Shown here piece after piece: positions 9,619 through 20,640 of a DNA stretch of 32,544 nt; positions within the stretch are counted from its first letter, which is position 1; each line of letters begins with the position of its first letter. A program made the translations under genes and the position numbers. The DNA comes from an uncultured bacterium (GTDB lineage Bacteria > SAR324 > NAC60-12), in the NCBI GenBank assembly GCA_964010765.1, contig CAXGMD010000038.1, positions 1 through 32,544 of the forward strand, given 5' to 3'. Under the pieces are notes generated by a model. It searched no databases. It worked only from the letters and a program-made list of their open reading frames with translations, and had not been told where the DNA came from.

Positions 9619-10633
9619 AGCTACAAACACCGAAAAAGGTGGAACATCCAATAATTGGGATGCCAAGCAATTTGCCATTCGCTATGGATTTTTGATTGTG
9701 ATGGCTGCCTTGTACCTGCTGTTTAGTATCTTGGAACCTGCATTTTTAACCTGGAGTAATCAGTTTTCCATTCTCTTGGGCATCGCGATTTATGGCATTC
9801 TCGCACTTGGTGTCACTTTCACCCTAGTTGTCGATGGCTTGGATCTATCGATTGGCTCTGTCGCTGCGCTGAGTGTGATGATCTCCTCTTACTGCATGGT
9901 TGTGCTCGAGCAGGGTGCCGTCATTAGCGTGATAATTTGTCTGCTGCTGGGCGCCTTGGTTGGACTCCTAAACGGTCTATTGATTGTTAAGATGAAGATC
10001 CCTGATTTGCTAACAACACTGGGGATGATGTTTTTGATTCAAGGACTTCAGCTGATCCCCTCTGCAGGACGGACTATCAGTGAAGGGATGCTGATGGAGG
10101 ACGGGGAGGAAGCACTGGGGTTTTTTGATCCGAGCTTCCTTTATCTTGGACAGGGCCGACTTTTCGGGGTAATTCCAATTCCAGTGATTGTCATGCTGGT
10201 GATCGCTCTCCTCGTTTACATTGTCCTGGACCATACCCGTTGGGGTCGAGTGATGTACGCCATTGGTGGAAACCCAGAAGCCACTCGACTGGCTGGAGCA
10301 CCTGTGAATTTATATCGGATCATGGCTTACGTGATCAGCGGAACGATTGCTTCGATCGGTGGTGTTCTCCTGGTAGCCCGAGTTGGAGTCGGGGACATCA
10401 CCAGCGGTACTGGTTTGCTATTGGATGCTGTCGGGGCTGCCTTGATTGGCTTTGCAGTTTTTGGAGTTCGACGACCAAATCCTTTTGGCACTCTTGTCGG
10501 AGCCATCTTCATTGGGGTTCTATTGAGCGGCTTAACGATGTTGAGCCTGCCCTACTACACTCAGGATTTCATCAAAGGCGGGGTGCTTGTCCTCTCGCTG
10601 ATGTTTACTTTTGCGCTGGCTAAGCGCTCTTAG
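9611..10633 (+). CDS. Sugar ABC transporter permease (RbsC family)
   Basis: GLDLSIGS, TRWGRVMYAIGGNPEATRLAG. ATG at 9611 overlaps the upstream stop and is preferred to the track's TTG at 9557. Confidence 0.92.
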   Translation: MPEATNTEKGGTSNNWDAKQFAIRYGFLIVMAALYLLFSILEPAFLTWSNQFSILLGIAIYGILALGVTFTLVVDGLDLSIGSVAALSVMISSYCMVVLEQGAVISVIICLLLGALVGLLNGLLIVKMKIPDLLTTLGMMFLIQGLQLIPSAGRTISEGMLMEDGEEALGFFDPSFLYLGQGRLFGVIPIPVIVMLVIALLVYIVLDHTRWGRVMYAIGGNPEATRLAGAPVNLYRIMAYVISGTIASIGGVLLVARVGVGDITSGTGLLLDAVGAALIGFAVFGVRRPNPFGTLVGAIFIGVLLSGLTMLSLPYYTQDFIKGGVLVLSLMFTFALAKRS

Positions 10634-10701
10634 GTCTTCCCTTGTGGAAGTTCACGCAGAGATTTTTTCTCTGCCTCATTTCCTTTCTCATGGAGATTCA
10701 G

Positions 10702-11763
10702 ATGAAAAAGATGCTGTCCGCAGCTTGTTCCCTGTTATTCCTGTTGATCACAACCACTACGCTTTGGGCCCAGATCGCAGGGGCTCCTCCACCATTTGAT
10801 GGATCTAAAAAACTCAAAGTTGCCTTGGTCCAGCTTTTGGTGGAAGGCGAATTCATGCAGACCTTCCGCTCTGGAGCCAAACGCCAGGCTGAGATGCTGG
10901 GTATGGAATTCCTGGCATTGAATACGAAAAACGCCGATAACAAAGCCCAGGCTGATGCCGTAGATCGTGCGATCAGTCTTGGAGTGGATGCAATCCTTCT
11001 GAGTCACGGACGACCGGAGACGATGCGAGAGCCCATCCAGCGTGCCTTGGCGAAAGGGATCAAAGTAGTCGCATTCGACATCTACTTTGAAGATCTGACC
11101 AATATCGTTACCCACATGGCCCAAGATGATGTCCTACTGGGTCAAATGGCACTGGATGCCCTGGTCGCCGATTTCAACGGCCAAGCAAACGTTGGGTATA
11201 TCTACATTCCCGGTGTTCTACCACTGGACAAGCGAGATACCAGCTTCACCAAGGTCAAGCAGGAATACCCAGGTATCAAGGAAATCGCCCGTCATGGCTC
11301 CCTCGAGTCACCGATCTCCACCAAGAATGCTGATCAGGTGAAGGCTACGATGCAGGCAAACCGGAATATCAACGCCTACTTTGCACCTTATGATGAGTTT
11401 GCAAAAGGGGTTGTGATCGCCCTGCGTGAACTGAACATGAGTGACAAGGTGAAAGTCTACAGTGCTGACATCAGCACCGTTGATATTCGGCAGATGACCC
11501 AGGATGGAAGCCCTTGGGCTGCGACTGCCGCTACGAACCCAGCTGCTATTGGAGCTACCGGGATTCGAGCTTTGGCCATGAAACTGACCGGAGAATGGCT
11601 GCCACAAGAAATCACGATTCCACCTATGCTCTTCACCCAGAAAATGCTGCGTGACAACAACGTTCAACGGTTCAATGATCTCTTTGAGAAATTCCCAGAG
11701 TTCAATACGGTTGATCGTGCCAGCGCCACTTGGATTCCGAGAGATTCCTCAGGCAAGTTCTAA
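10702..11763 (+). CDS. Sugar ABC transporter substrate-binding protein (PBP type 1), candidate methylthioribose/5-deoxyribose binder
   Basis: GGAG RBS at 10692, ATG at 10702, signal peptide MKKMLSAACSLLFLLITTTTLWA; GVDAILL and GIKVVAFD motifs. The ligand is inferred only from the mtnK/mtnA context. Confidence 0.88.
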   Translation: MKKMLSAACSLLFLLITTTTLWAQIAGAPPPFDGSKKLKVALVQLLVEGEFMQTFRSGAKRQAEMLGMEFLALNTKNADNKAQADAVDRAISLGVDAILLSHGRPETMREPIQRALAKGIKVVAFDIYFEDLTNIVTHMAQDDVLLGQMALDALVADFNGQANVGYIYIPGVLPLDKRDTSFTKVKQEYPGIKEIARHGSLESPISTKNADQVKATMQANRNINAYFAPYDEFAKGVVIALRELNMSDKVKVYSADISTVDIRQMTQDGSPWAATAATNPAAIGATGIRALAMKLTGEWLPQEITIPPMLFTQKMLRDNNVQRFNDLFEKFPEFNTVDRASATWIPRDSSGKF

Positions 11764-11784
11764 CCTCCTATTTTTGAGAACTCT

Positions 11785-12825
11785 ATGAGCCTCCCGTTGA
11801 GCCTTCAATGGCAAGAAGATGAGCTGATCATGTTGGATCAGACGCGTCTACCCATCGAAGAAGTGATGTTGCGACCAAAGACGGTCGAAGCTGTCTTTGA
11901 AGCCATCAAAATGCTTCGGGTACGGGGGGCCCCTGCGATTGGGATTGCCGGTGCTTATGGACTGGTCATCGCCATGCAGCACAAGCGCAACCTCACTTGG
12001 CCTGAGTTTCTCCTGGAAGCAGAACGCCAAGCAGATTATCTCAACAGCGCCCGACCCACTGCGGTGAATCTAAGTTGGGCACTTAAGCGAATGATTGGGA
12101 AATTAAATGATCAGCACGACAGCGAAACTGCTTTTCAGGTCTTGTTAGAGGAAGCCAAGGTCATTCATGAAGAAGATCGAAAACTCTGCCGGGGCATTGG
12201 TAAAAATGGACTCTCGCTCATTAAAGAGGGGATGGGAATCCTGACTCATTGCAATGCTGGTGGATTAGCAACCAGTGAGCTTGGAACTGCACTGGCCCCA
12301 ATGTATCTGGCCCATGAAAAAGGCATCAGTTTCCGAGTTTATTCGGATGAAACCAGACCACTGCTCCAGGGCTCTCGACTGACAGCTTGGGAACTACAGA
12401 GAAGTGGGATTGATGTCACCACGATTTGCGACAACATGGCTGCCGTGATGATGCAAGAAGGCAAGATCGATATGGTGATCGTGGGTACCGATCGGGTTGC
12501 CGCTAACGGGGACGTTGCCAACAAGATTGGCACCTTCAACGTTGCGATACTGGCGAACTATTTCAAAATTCCTTTTTACGTGGCCTGTCCAGCGTCCACT
12601 ATTGATCTGATCACCCCAACTGGTGCCGAGATTGTGATTGAAGAACGAGCCCCTGAAGAGGTGACAGCTTTTGGAGAACGTAGAACCGCACCAATCGATA
12701 TCAAAGTAAGAAATCCCGCCTTCGACGTCACACCTGCAAATCTAGTCACTGGCATCATTACCGAACAGACGATTCTTCGAGCACCATATGCTGAGTCGAT
12801 TCGTCAGACCTACGGTAATGCATGA
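11785..12825 (+). CDS. mtnA: S-methyl-5-thioribose-1-phosphate isomerase
   Basis: LDQTRLP, VRGAPAIG, ARPTAVNL, LTHCNAGGLAT, DETRPLLQGSRLT, GDVANKIGT, NPAFDVTP. Confidence 0.96.
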   Translation: MSLPLSLQWQEDELIMLDQTRLPIEEVMLRPKTVEAVFEAIKMLRVRGAPAIGIAGAYGLVIAMQHKRNLTWPEFLLEAERQADYLNSARPTAVNLSWALKRMIGKLNDQHDSETAFQVLLEEAKVIHEEDRKLCRGIGKNGLSLIKEGMGILTHCNAGGLATSELGTALAPMYLAHEKGISFRVYSDETRPLLQGSRLTAWELQRSGIDVTTICDNMAAVMMQEGKIDMVIVGTDRVAANGDVANKIGTFNVAILANYFKIPFYVACPASTIDLITPTGAEIVIEERAPEEVTAFGERRTAPIDIKVRNPAFDVTPANLVTGIITEQTILRAPYAESIRQTYGNA

Positions 12826-12856
12826 ATAGTCCATATCCCACGTTTTGTTTTTGATA

Positions 12857-12897
12857 GGTGCTGAATTTTGTGAAAGCAAATCAGCACTTCTTCTTTC
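12857..12897 (+). terminator. Putative intrinsic terminator/hairpin between mtnA and the RLP gene
   Basis: GTGCTGA (12858-12864) pairs with TCAGCAC (12881-12887), with an inner TTTG/CAAA stem, followed by TTCTTCTTT. Confidence 0.5.
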
Positions 12898-12921
12898 CTA
12901 TCCATTTTCATAGCAACAAGC

Positions 12922-14040
12922 ATGAACACCCGCTTTTGGGTTGAATATCACCTGACCGGTTCTCCTAAAGAAACCGAAGACATGGCCAAGGGAATCGCTA
13001 TTGAACAAAGTGCCGGTCTACCACTCCAGCTTGTTGCTTCTGGATTTTTGCAGGATGAAATTCTTGGACGTGTAGAAGACCTCAAAGTCCTGAATGATCA
13101 AACTTCTTACGTTAAAATTAGCTACCTGACTGAATCAATTGGCAATGAATTGACACAACTGATGAATGTCCTTTACGGAAACATCAGTCTCTGGAAAGGA
13201 ATCAAAGTAATTGGTATTGAATTACCCGATCCGTTGAAAGCATACTTCGCAGGTCCGCGCTTTGGCATCCGTGGTCTTCGAGACAGACTGCGGGCCCCAG
13301 TGGGGCCACTGTTGATGGCTCAGGTCAAACCAATGGGAAGGGGCACCCATGAATTAGCAGAGTTGGCTTATCGATTTGCCATAGGAGGTATAGATCTGAT
13401 CATCGAAGATCACATGGTCACCGACCAGACCTGGAGCCATTTCAGAGACAGAGTGTTTGCCATCAGCCAAGCTGTTCAGCGCGCTAACTCAAAGACCAAG
13501 GGCAATTGTGTTTATGTGCCTAATGTCACTTCTTCACCAGAAGAACTCCTGCTGAGAGCAGACTGGGCGTCCCGATATGGAGCTGGTGCTTTGCTCGTTT
13601 CACCGGGATTGACAGGGTTCGATAGTCTTCAAAGGCTTAGCCAGAATAGACGCCCAGGACTTCCTATCATTGCACATCCCACCTTCCTTGGTTCGCTGAT
13701 GCTGAGTCCAAATCAGGGCATCGTCCCAGGTTTATTGCTTGGAACCATATTTCGTCTAGCTGGTGCAGATTGTAGCCTTCTTCCTTATGCAGGGGGACGT
13801 TTCGGTTTCCATGAAGAAGACTGTCAATCAGTGATTGAACACTGCCAGCAAGCTGACTTACTGCTGAAGCGTTCGATGCCTGCTTTGGGAGGAGGAATTA
13901 CTTTGGAGAACCTACCATCTCTACATAAGAAATATGGAAATGATGTCATCTATCTCCTTGGTGGGCAGCTTTATGGAATTTCGGCTGATCTGCCGGAGAA
14001 TGTGCGCCAATTACGAAGAGTACTTGAAAGAGAGACGTGA
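12922..14040 (+). CDS. RuBisCO-like protein (form IV, resembles DeepYkr/MTRu-1P isomerase type) with an atypical active site
   Basis: IAIEQS, LYGNISL, GPRFGIRGLR, PLL...KPMG, GGIDLIIEDH, YVPNVT, IIAHP, RLAGAD, GGRF, PALGGG, LLGG; located after mtnK/mtnA. Confidence 0.88.
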   Translation: MNTRFWVEYHLTGSPKETEDMAKGIAIEQSAGLPLQLVASGFLQDEILGRVEDLKVLNDQTSYVKISYLTESIGNELTQLMNVLYGNISLWKGIKVIGIELPDPLKAYFAGPRFGIRGLRDRLRAPVGPLLMAQVKPMGRGTHELAELAYRFAIGGIDLIIEDHMVTDQTWSHFRDRVFAISQAVQRANSKTKGNCVYVPNVTSSPEELLLRADWASRYGAGALLVSPGLTGFDSLQRLSQNRRPGLPIIAHPTFLGSLMLSPNQGIVPGLLLGTIFRLAGADCSLLPYAGGRFGFHEEDCQSVIEHCQQADLLLKRSMPALGGGITLENLPSLHKKYGNDVIYLLGGQLYGISADLPENVRQLRRVLERET

Positions 14041-14578
14041 AATGGAATGCTTGCCTAGCTTTGTTCCTAGGCTTTATCTGGGGTAGTACCGTAGCCTGAA
14101 CTACTGAAGATGGTGAATTCCAGCTTTTCGATTCTGATGGCTATCGTATTCAATCCTAATGTTCGGCTACTCCAGCTCACTGAGATGGTGTACAGACTCT
14201 CACTACGGGATCTGCCTAGGAACTTTGTTTGAGACAGTCTGTCCATTTTGTGAATGTGCAACCCGTACTTTGGAGTCAGGGATTTTTTCTTCCAGATCAA
14301 CCTCTAACAATCATTCCAGGAAGTGACTTGCTACACAATGTTGGTTTCGGGCCAATGGAAGAACTCTGGGCAGACTATCTCCAACACTACGCTCAGTAGT
14401 GGGATGGAATGATCATCTTTTATTGCACTCCTGACTGCTGGCATTCATGGAATACAGCTAAAAGAGTTGCTGAGAAGTGGCCTGATTTGAAGGTGGGGTG
14501 GTTTCGAGAGGGTATGATGCTTGGCAGGAAAAGGGATATCCAGTGGAGTTCCTTCAACAACCTCTTCCAATGCCATGA
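14037..14578 (+). pseudogene. Degraded rhodanese-like 'PQQ-dependent catabolism-associated CXXCW motif' protein
   Basis: From GTG at 14037: MKWNACLALFLGFIWGSTVA*TTEDGEFQLFDSDGYRIQS*CSATPAH*DGVQTLTT...IPGSDLLHNVGFG...*WDGMIIFYCTPDCWHSWNTAKR...WFREG, then a frameshift to DAWQEKGYP...PMP* (TGA at 14576-14578). Stops at 14097, 14157, 14181, 14217 and 14397. Confidence 0.75.
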
Positions 14579-14612
14579 TCTCCCTCAGGAGAAACAGGCG
14601 AGGATAAAGGTT

Positions 14613-16956
<2,344 letters not shown>

Positions 16957-17005
16957 CTGTTTTTCTCGTTAAATTAGAATGAAAACCGTGACGGATTGTG
17001 GAAAC

Positions 17006-17788
17006 TCAAAGTTTCCACGTTGGATCTTTTTGATCAACCAGACGGAGGAGGGCAGGCCATTCAGGATGACGGTTCTTTGCGCCCGCCTGCGCAGAACCTC
17101 CCTCAAATTGCTCTCGGGTCTTGGCCATGATACCAGGAGGAATTCTTTGTAGTTTTCCCGTCGACATCGCACGTAATTGAACCTCAGCATTACGAATGAA
17201 CGCCAAGTGCCGAACGAAAGCCCAAGTACAATCTGGACCGGCAGTGATCAGGCCATGATTTCTGAAAACCAGAGTATGGTTTTCGGCCCCCATCGCTTCT
17301 AGCAAACGAGGGCTCTCACTCCCGTCAAGAACAATTCCTTCGAAATCATGGTAGCCAACACGCTCAAAGAATTGACAGCCTTCCTGTGTCACAGGGATCA
17401 CTTCGCTATTGGTGGCACACAATGATTGGGAGTGAGCTTCATGAGTGTGCAGAACACAGTGTAGATCCGGGCGCCCCTTATGAATTGTGGAGTGGATCAG
17501 ATACCCAGCTCGGTTGACAGGCCAATCACTCTCGCTGATCTGATTGCCATCGATATCAATCCGAATTAGATCACTGGCTCGCAGTTCATCGTAGCGAACA
17601 CCAAAGGGATTGATCAAAAAGTGATCAGTTCCCGGAATACGATAGGTTATGTGATTATAAACCACGCTCGTCCAGCCATAGTGATCCACCAAGCGATAAC
17701 AAGCGGCGAGTTGCAGCCTAGCTTGCCACTCAGCTTCAGCCATTCCTTGAGGGGTTCTTGGCCAGAAAATTTCAAAGCTGCGTGCCAT
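17006..17788 (-). CDS. Class II aldolase/adducin family protein
   Basis: GGAG RBS and ATG at 17788; LAACYRL, NHITYR, FLINPFG, IHSTIH.GRPD, VLHTH and RNHG metal motifs. Confidence 0.88.
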   Translation of the reverse strand: MARSFEIFWPRTPQGMAEAEWQARLQLAACYRLVDHYGWTSVVYNHITYRIPGTDHFLINPFGVRYDELRASDLIRIDIDGNQISESDWPVNRAGYLIHSTIHKGRPDLHCVLHTHEAHSQSLCATNSEVIPVTQEGCQFFERVGYHDFEGIVLDGSESPRLLEAMGAENHTLVFRNHGLITAGPDCTWAFVRHLAFIRNAEVQLRAMSTGKLQRIPPGIMAKTREQFEGGSAQAGAKNRHPEWPALLRLVDQKDPTWKL

Positions 17789-17823
17789 CGTACAAACTCC
17801 GATTGGAGATGAGAGGGACGAGT

Positions 17824-18771
17824 TTAATGATGAATCGGTTCTGTAGCCCAAAACTCAGGAGCCCGTTCCCGTAACCGAATCAACCGCGCCATTAAATTAG
17901 TGAGAGGAACTTCTTTACCATGCTTGCGAGCGGCTGCCACCAAGTATCCGTTGAGCGATTCAATCTCCGTCAGGCGTTGGGCTTTCAAATCTTGGAGCAT
18001 AGATGGTCGGTGATAGGTGTGGTCTGCACAGGCGTAGTCAATCAGGCCGTGCACTTTTTCTGGATCCACGGATGCGCCTTCCAACTGTGCAACAGTAATC
18101 GCTTCCTCGGCAATTTCGTGCGCGAGTTGACGTCCGTCTGGAAACTGTTGAAGCAGACCTGGAGAACCATCGACTAGACTGCACAAGGCATTCATCGCCA
18201 TATTGAAACAAGCCTTTTGCCAGATAAATTTGCGTACTTCGGCTGTGACGTAAGTTTTCAGGCCAGCTTGATTTAAATCTTCACCAATGTGATTCACGAT
18301 TTCGCTCTGCTCTCCATTGGCTGAAAACATCCAAGTTTCTGAACTGCCAGCAGAGCTTACCTCACCTGGTTTGATGAACTCAGCAGGCATGATCGAGACA
18401 CCCTCCACAGTTTGATCGATCCCGACATAAGCCGCAACCTGCTCCCCATTTCCCAAACCATTTTGCAGTGTGATGAAATGGGCAGGCCGAAGGTTTGAAG
18501 GCAAATTAGCCAGGGCTTCTTTAATTCGGTGGGTCTTGGTGAAGAGAAAAACCACATCCACAGAATTAGCGTTAGTAACCAAATCAGCTTGTAGTGGAAT
18601 CAGATGCTTCTGTTTGTCCAAATGGCAGATCAATCCACCCTGCTCTTTGATCGCCTTGGCGTGATCAGGAGTTCGATTGAGTAGTTCGACAGGATGCCCT
18701 TGTAGAGCGAGTCTTGCTCCAAAAACCGAGCCCATCGCGCCAGCTCCGAGCACACTATACTTCAGCTTCAT
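17824..18771 (-). CDS. Ketopantoate reductase family protein (2-oxoacid reductase, PanE/ApbA-like)
   Basis: GAGAMG, LFTK, LQNGLG, IWQK, SMLQD, TEIESLNG. Confidence 0.88.
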   Translation of the reverse strand: MKLKYSVLGAGAMGSVFGARLALQGHPVELLNRTPDHAKAIKEQGGLICHLDKQKHLIPLQADLVTNANSVDVVFLFTKTHRIKEALANLPSNLRPAHFITLQNGLGNGEQVAAYVGIDQTVEGVSIMPAEFIKPGEVSSAGSSETWMFSANGEQSEIVNHIGEDLNQAGLKTYVTAEVRKFIWQKACFNMAMNALCSLVDGSPGLLQQFPDGRQLAHEIAEEAITVAQLEGASVDPEKVHGLIDYACADHTYHRPSMLQDLKAQRLTEIESLNGYLVAAARKHGKEVPLTNLMARLIRLRERAPEFWATEPIHH

Positions 18772-18775
18772 CTAT

Positions 18776-20101
18776 TCACCCGGTGAGTAGTCGTGGGAGC
18801 CACAAAACAATACCAGGAAATGCCACCAGGAGTAGGACTCTGAGTAGCTCTGCCCCGAAGAAAGGCATCACTCCTTTGAATGTCTCACTCATGGGAATAT
18901 CCTCGGCCATCGCATGGATCACAAAAACATTCATCCCAACAGGTGGAGTGATCAAACCAAGTTCCACGACAATCAGCGCTAGGATTCCAAACCAGATTTT
19001 CAGTTCTTCCGGGCCCAAACCAAAGTCGAGACCATCGATCACGGGCCAAAAGAAAGGCATCGCCAGCAAGATCATGGACAATGAGTCCATGAGACATCCT
19101 AGAATAATCAATGACATTAGCATCAGCAGAAGAATCGTGATCGGATCCAATCCCGATGACTGCATAATCTCCACTGCTACCTGAGGAACTCCTCCACGAG
19201 ACATGAAAATCTTAAGCATCTCGGCCCCAAGCAGAATCAAATAGATCATGCCCGAAGTCTTGGCGGTCTCCAGTAAGGCCGCTTTGAGTTGTGGAATCTT
19301 AATCAAACCTCGATAGATTCCAAGTAATCCTACTAGAAAAACACCAGCTGCGGCGGCTGGAGTGGGATTAAACAAACCAAAATAGATACCACCAATCACC
19401 GCTATAAAGATCCCTAGAACCGGTAAAACCCCAAGAGTAGCATTCCAGAATTCTTGACGATCCATTGGCTCACGGGAGGGTCCTGACTCAGGAAAGAAGC
19501 GAACGTAGATCGCAATTGTCACCAAAAACAGGCCCACTGCCAACAAACCAGGAATCATCGCAGCCATGAACATCGCAATGATGTTTGCTTCCACGATGAT
19601 CGCGTAGACAACCAGAACAACTGAGGGTGGAATCAATATTCCTAGTACGCCCCCAGCAGCTAATGTCCCAGTTGCCAAAGAGCCACTATATTTGTAATTA
19701 CGAAGCTCCGGTAGCGCCACTTTTCCCATCGTGGAGGCTGTGGCCAATGAGGATCCACAAACAGCTCCGAATCCAGCACAGGCGATGATAGCTGACATGG
19801 CGACACCCCCTCGAACCCAGCCTACCCATGCATTTGCTGCCTGGAAAAGCTCTCGTGATAGACCCGCCTTGGTTGCCAAATTTCCCATCAGCACAAACAT
19901 AGGGACCACAGAAAGGTCATAGATGGAAAATTGAATGTAGGCCAGATCCTTCAATTGAGACATGAAGATCAGTGGCCCGTTCAGGATCGTCACGCCAATT
20001 CCGCCAGTGACGATCATGGCATACGCAATCGGTATCCGCAGTGCGATCAAGAATAACAACCCCAAAAGGCCAGCCAATCCAACGAGTAGTTCAAATGACA
20101 T
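18776..20101 (-). CDS. dctM: TRAP transporter large permease
   Basis: VPMFVLMG, FGAVCGSSLAT, GGVLGILIPPS, ELGLITPPVGMNVFV. Confidence 0.94.
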   Translation of the reverse strand: MSFELLVGLAGLLGLLFLIALRIPIAYAMIVTGGIGVTILNGPLIFMSQLKDLAYIQFSIYDLSVVPMFVLMGNLATKAGLSRELFQAANAWVGWVRGGVAMSAIIACAGFGAVCGSSLATASTMGKVALPELRNYKYSGSLATGTLAAGGVLGILIPPSVVLVVYAIIVEANIIAMFMAAMIPGLLAVGLFLVTIAIYVRFFPESGPSREPMDRQEFWNATLGVLPVLGIFIAVIGGIYFGLFNPTPAAAAGVFLVGLLGIYRGLIKIPQLKAALLETAKTSGMIYLILLGAEMLKIFMSRGGVPQVAVEIMQSSGLDPITILLLMLMSLIILGCLMDSLSMILLAMPFFWPVIDGLDFGLGPEELKIWFGILALIVVELGLITPPVGMNVFVIHAMAEDIPMSETFKGVMPFFGAELLRVLLLVAFPGIVLWLPRLLTG

Positions 20102-20111
20102 GGTTGCGGCG

Positions 20112-20603
20112 TTACTCGGGGATTAAAGATGGTTCGGGTACTCCATCCGGATGAATAAACGTGATTAGAGCGGCCAACAGGAGGAGGAGAAGAGAGAAAA
20201 TTGAAGGGACAAACGCATACCAGATCGGCACCTGTAAGATTGTCGTAGTCTCTAGGTATATCTGGTAATCTAGCAATCCTTCGTACATTCGCCAGATCAA
20301 CAGAATGCTGAAGGCTGCGGCCACCAAAGAGCCCACTCGACTTAAAAATCGAACTTTTGCAGGTTTCATTTTAGCCGTGAAGACATCCGCAGAAACATTT
20401 GCGAAAGTCAATTGGCAGTAAGGAAGGAACGCAAAGGAAGCAACTGCCACTCCCATTTCAGTGAGTTCAAAATCCCCAGGAAAGGGAGTGGCAATCAAGA
20501 AACCCGCTGCTGCACTGTAGGTAGTCATTATCACCAGCAGCAACAAAATCACACCACCAAACAGGGCCCAACCCACAATCAGTTTCGAGGCCCATTTTAC
20601 CAT
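20112..20603 (-). CDS. dctQ: TRAP transporter small permease
   Basis: 163 aa, four TM segments, PGDFELTE, located between dctP and dctM. Confidence 0.9.
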   Translation of the reverse strand: MVKWASKLIVGWALFGGVILLLLVIMTTYSAAAGFLIATPFPGDFELTEMGVAVASFAFLPYCQLTFANVSADVFTAKMKPAKVRFLSRVGSLVAAAFSILLIWRMYEGLLDYQIYLETTTILQVPIWYAFVPSIFSLLLLLLAALITFIHPDGVPEPSLIPE

Positions 20604-20640
20604 CTTGGAAGCCCTGGAAAATCTTCAGAAATCTGGGCCG

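Noticed and set aside
12922..14040. True CO2-fixing RuBisCO
   Set aside because: It lacks the K177, K201, R295, K334 and S379 equivalents, and no small subunit or phosphoribulokinase gene is nearby.
17006..17788. MtnB dehydratase or DHAP-shunt aldolase of the mtn operon
   Set aside because: It is on the opposite strand in a different operon and looks adducin-like (NHIT, FLINPFG) rather than MtnB/FucA-like. Kept only as a speculative link.
17824..18771. Biosynthetic panE
   Set aside because: Family motifs are present but the context is catabolic and no pan genes are nearby, so the symbol is withheld.
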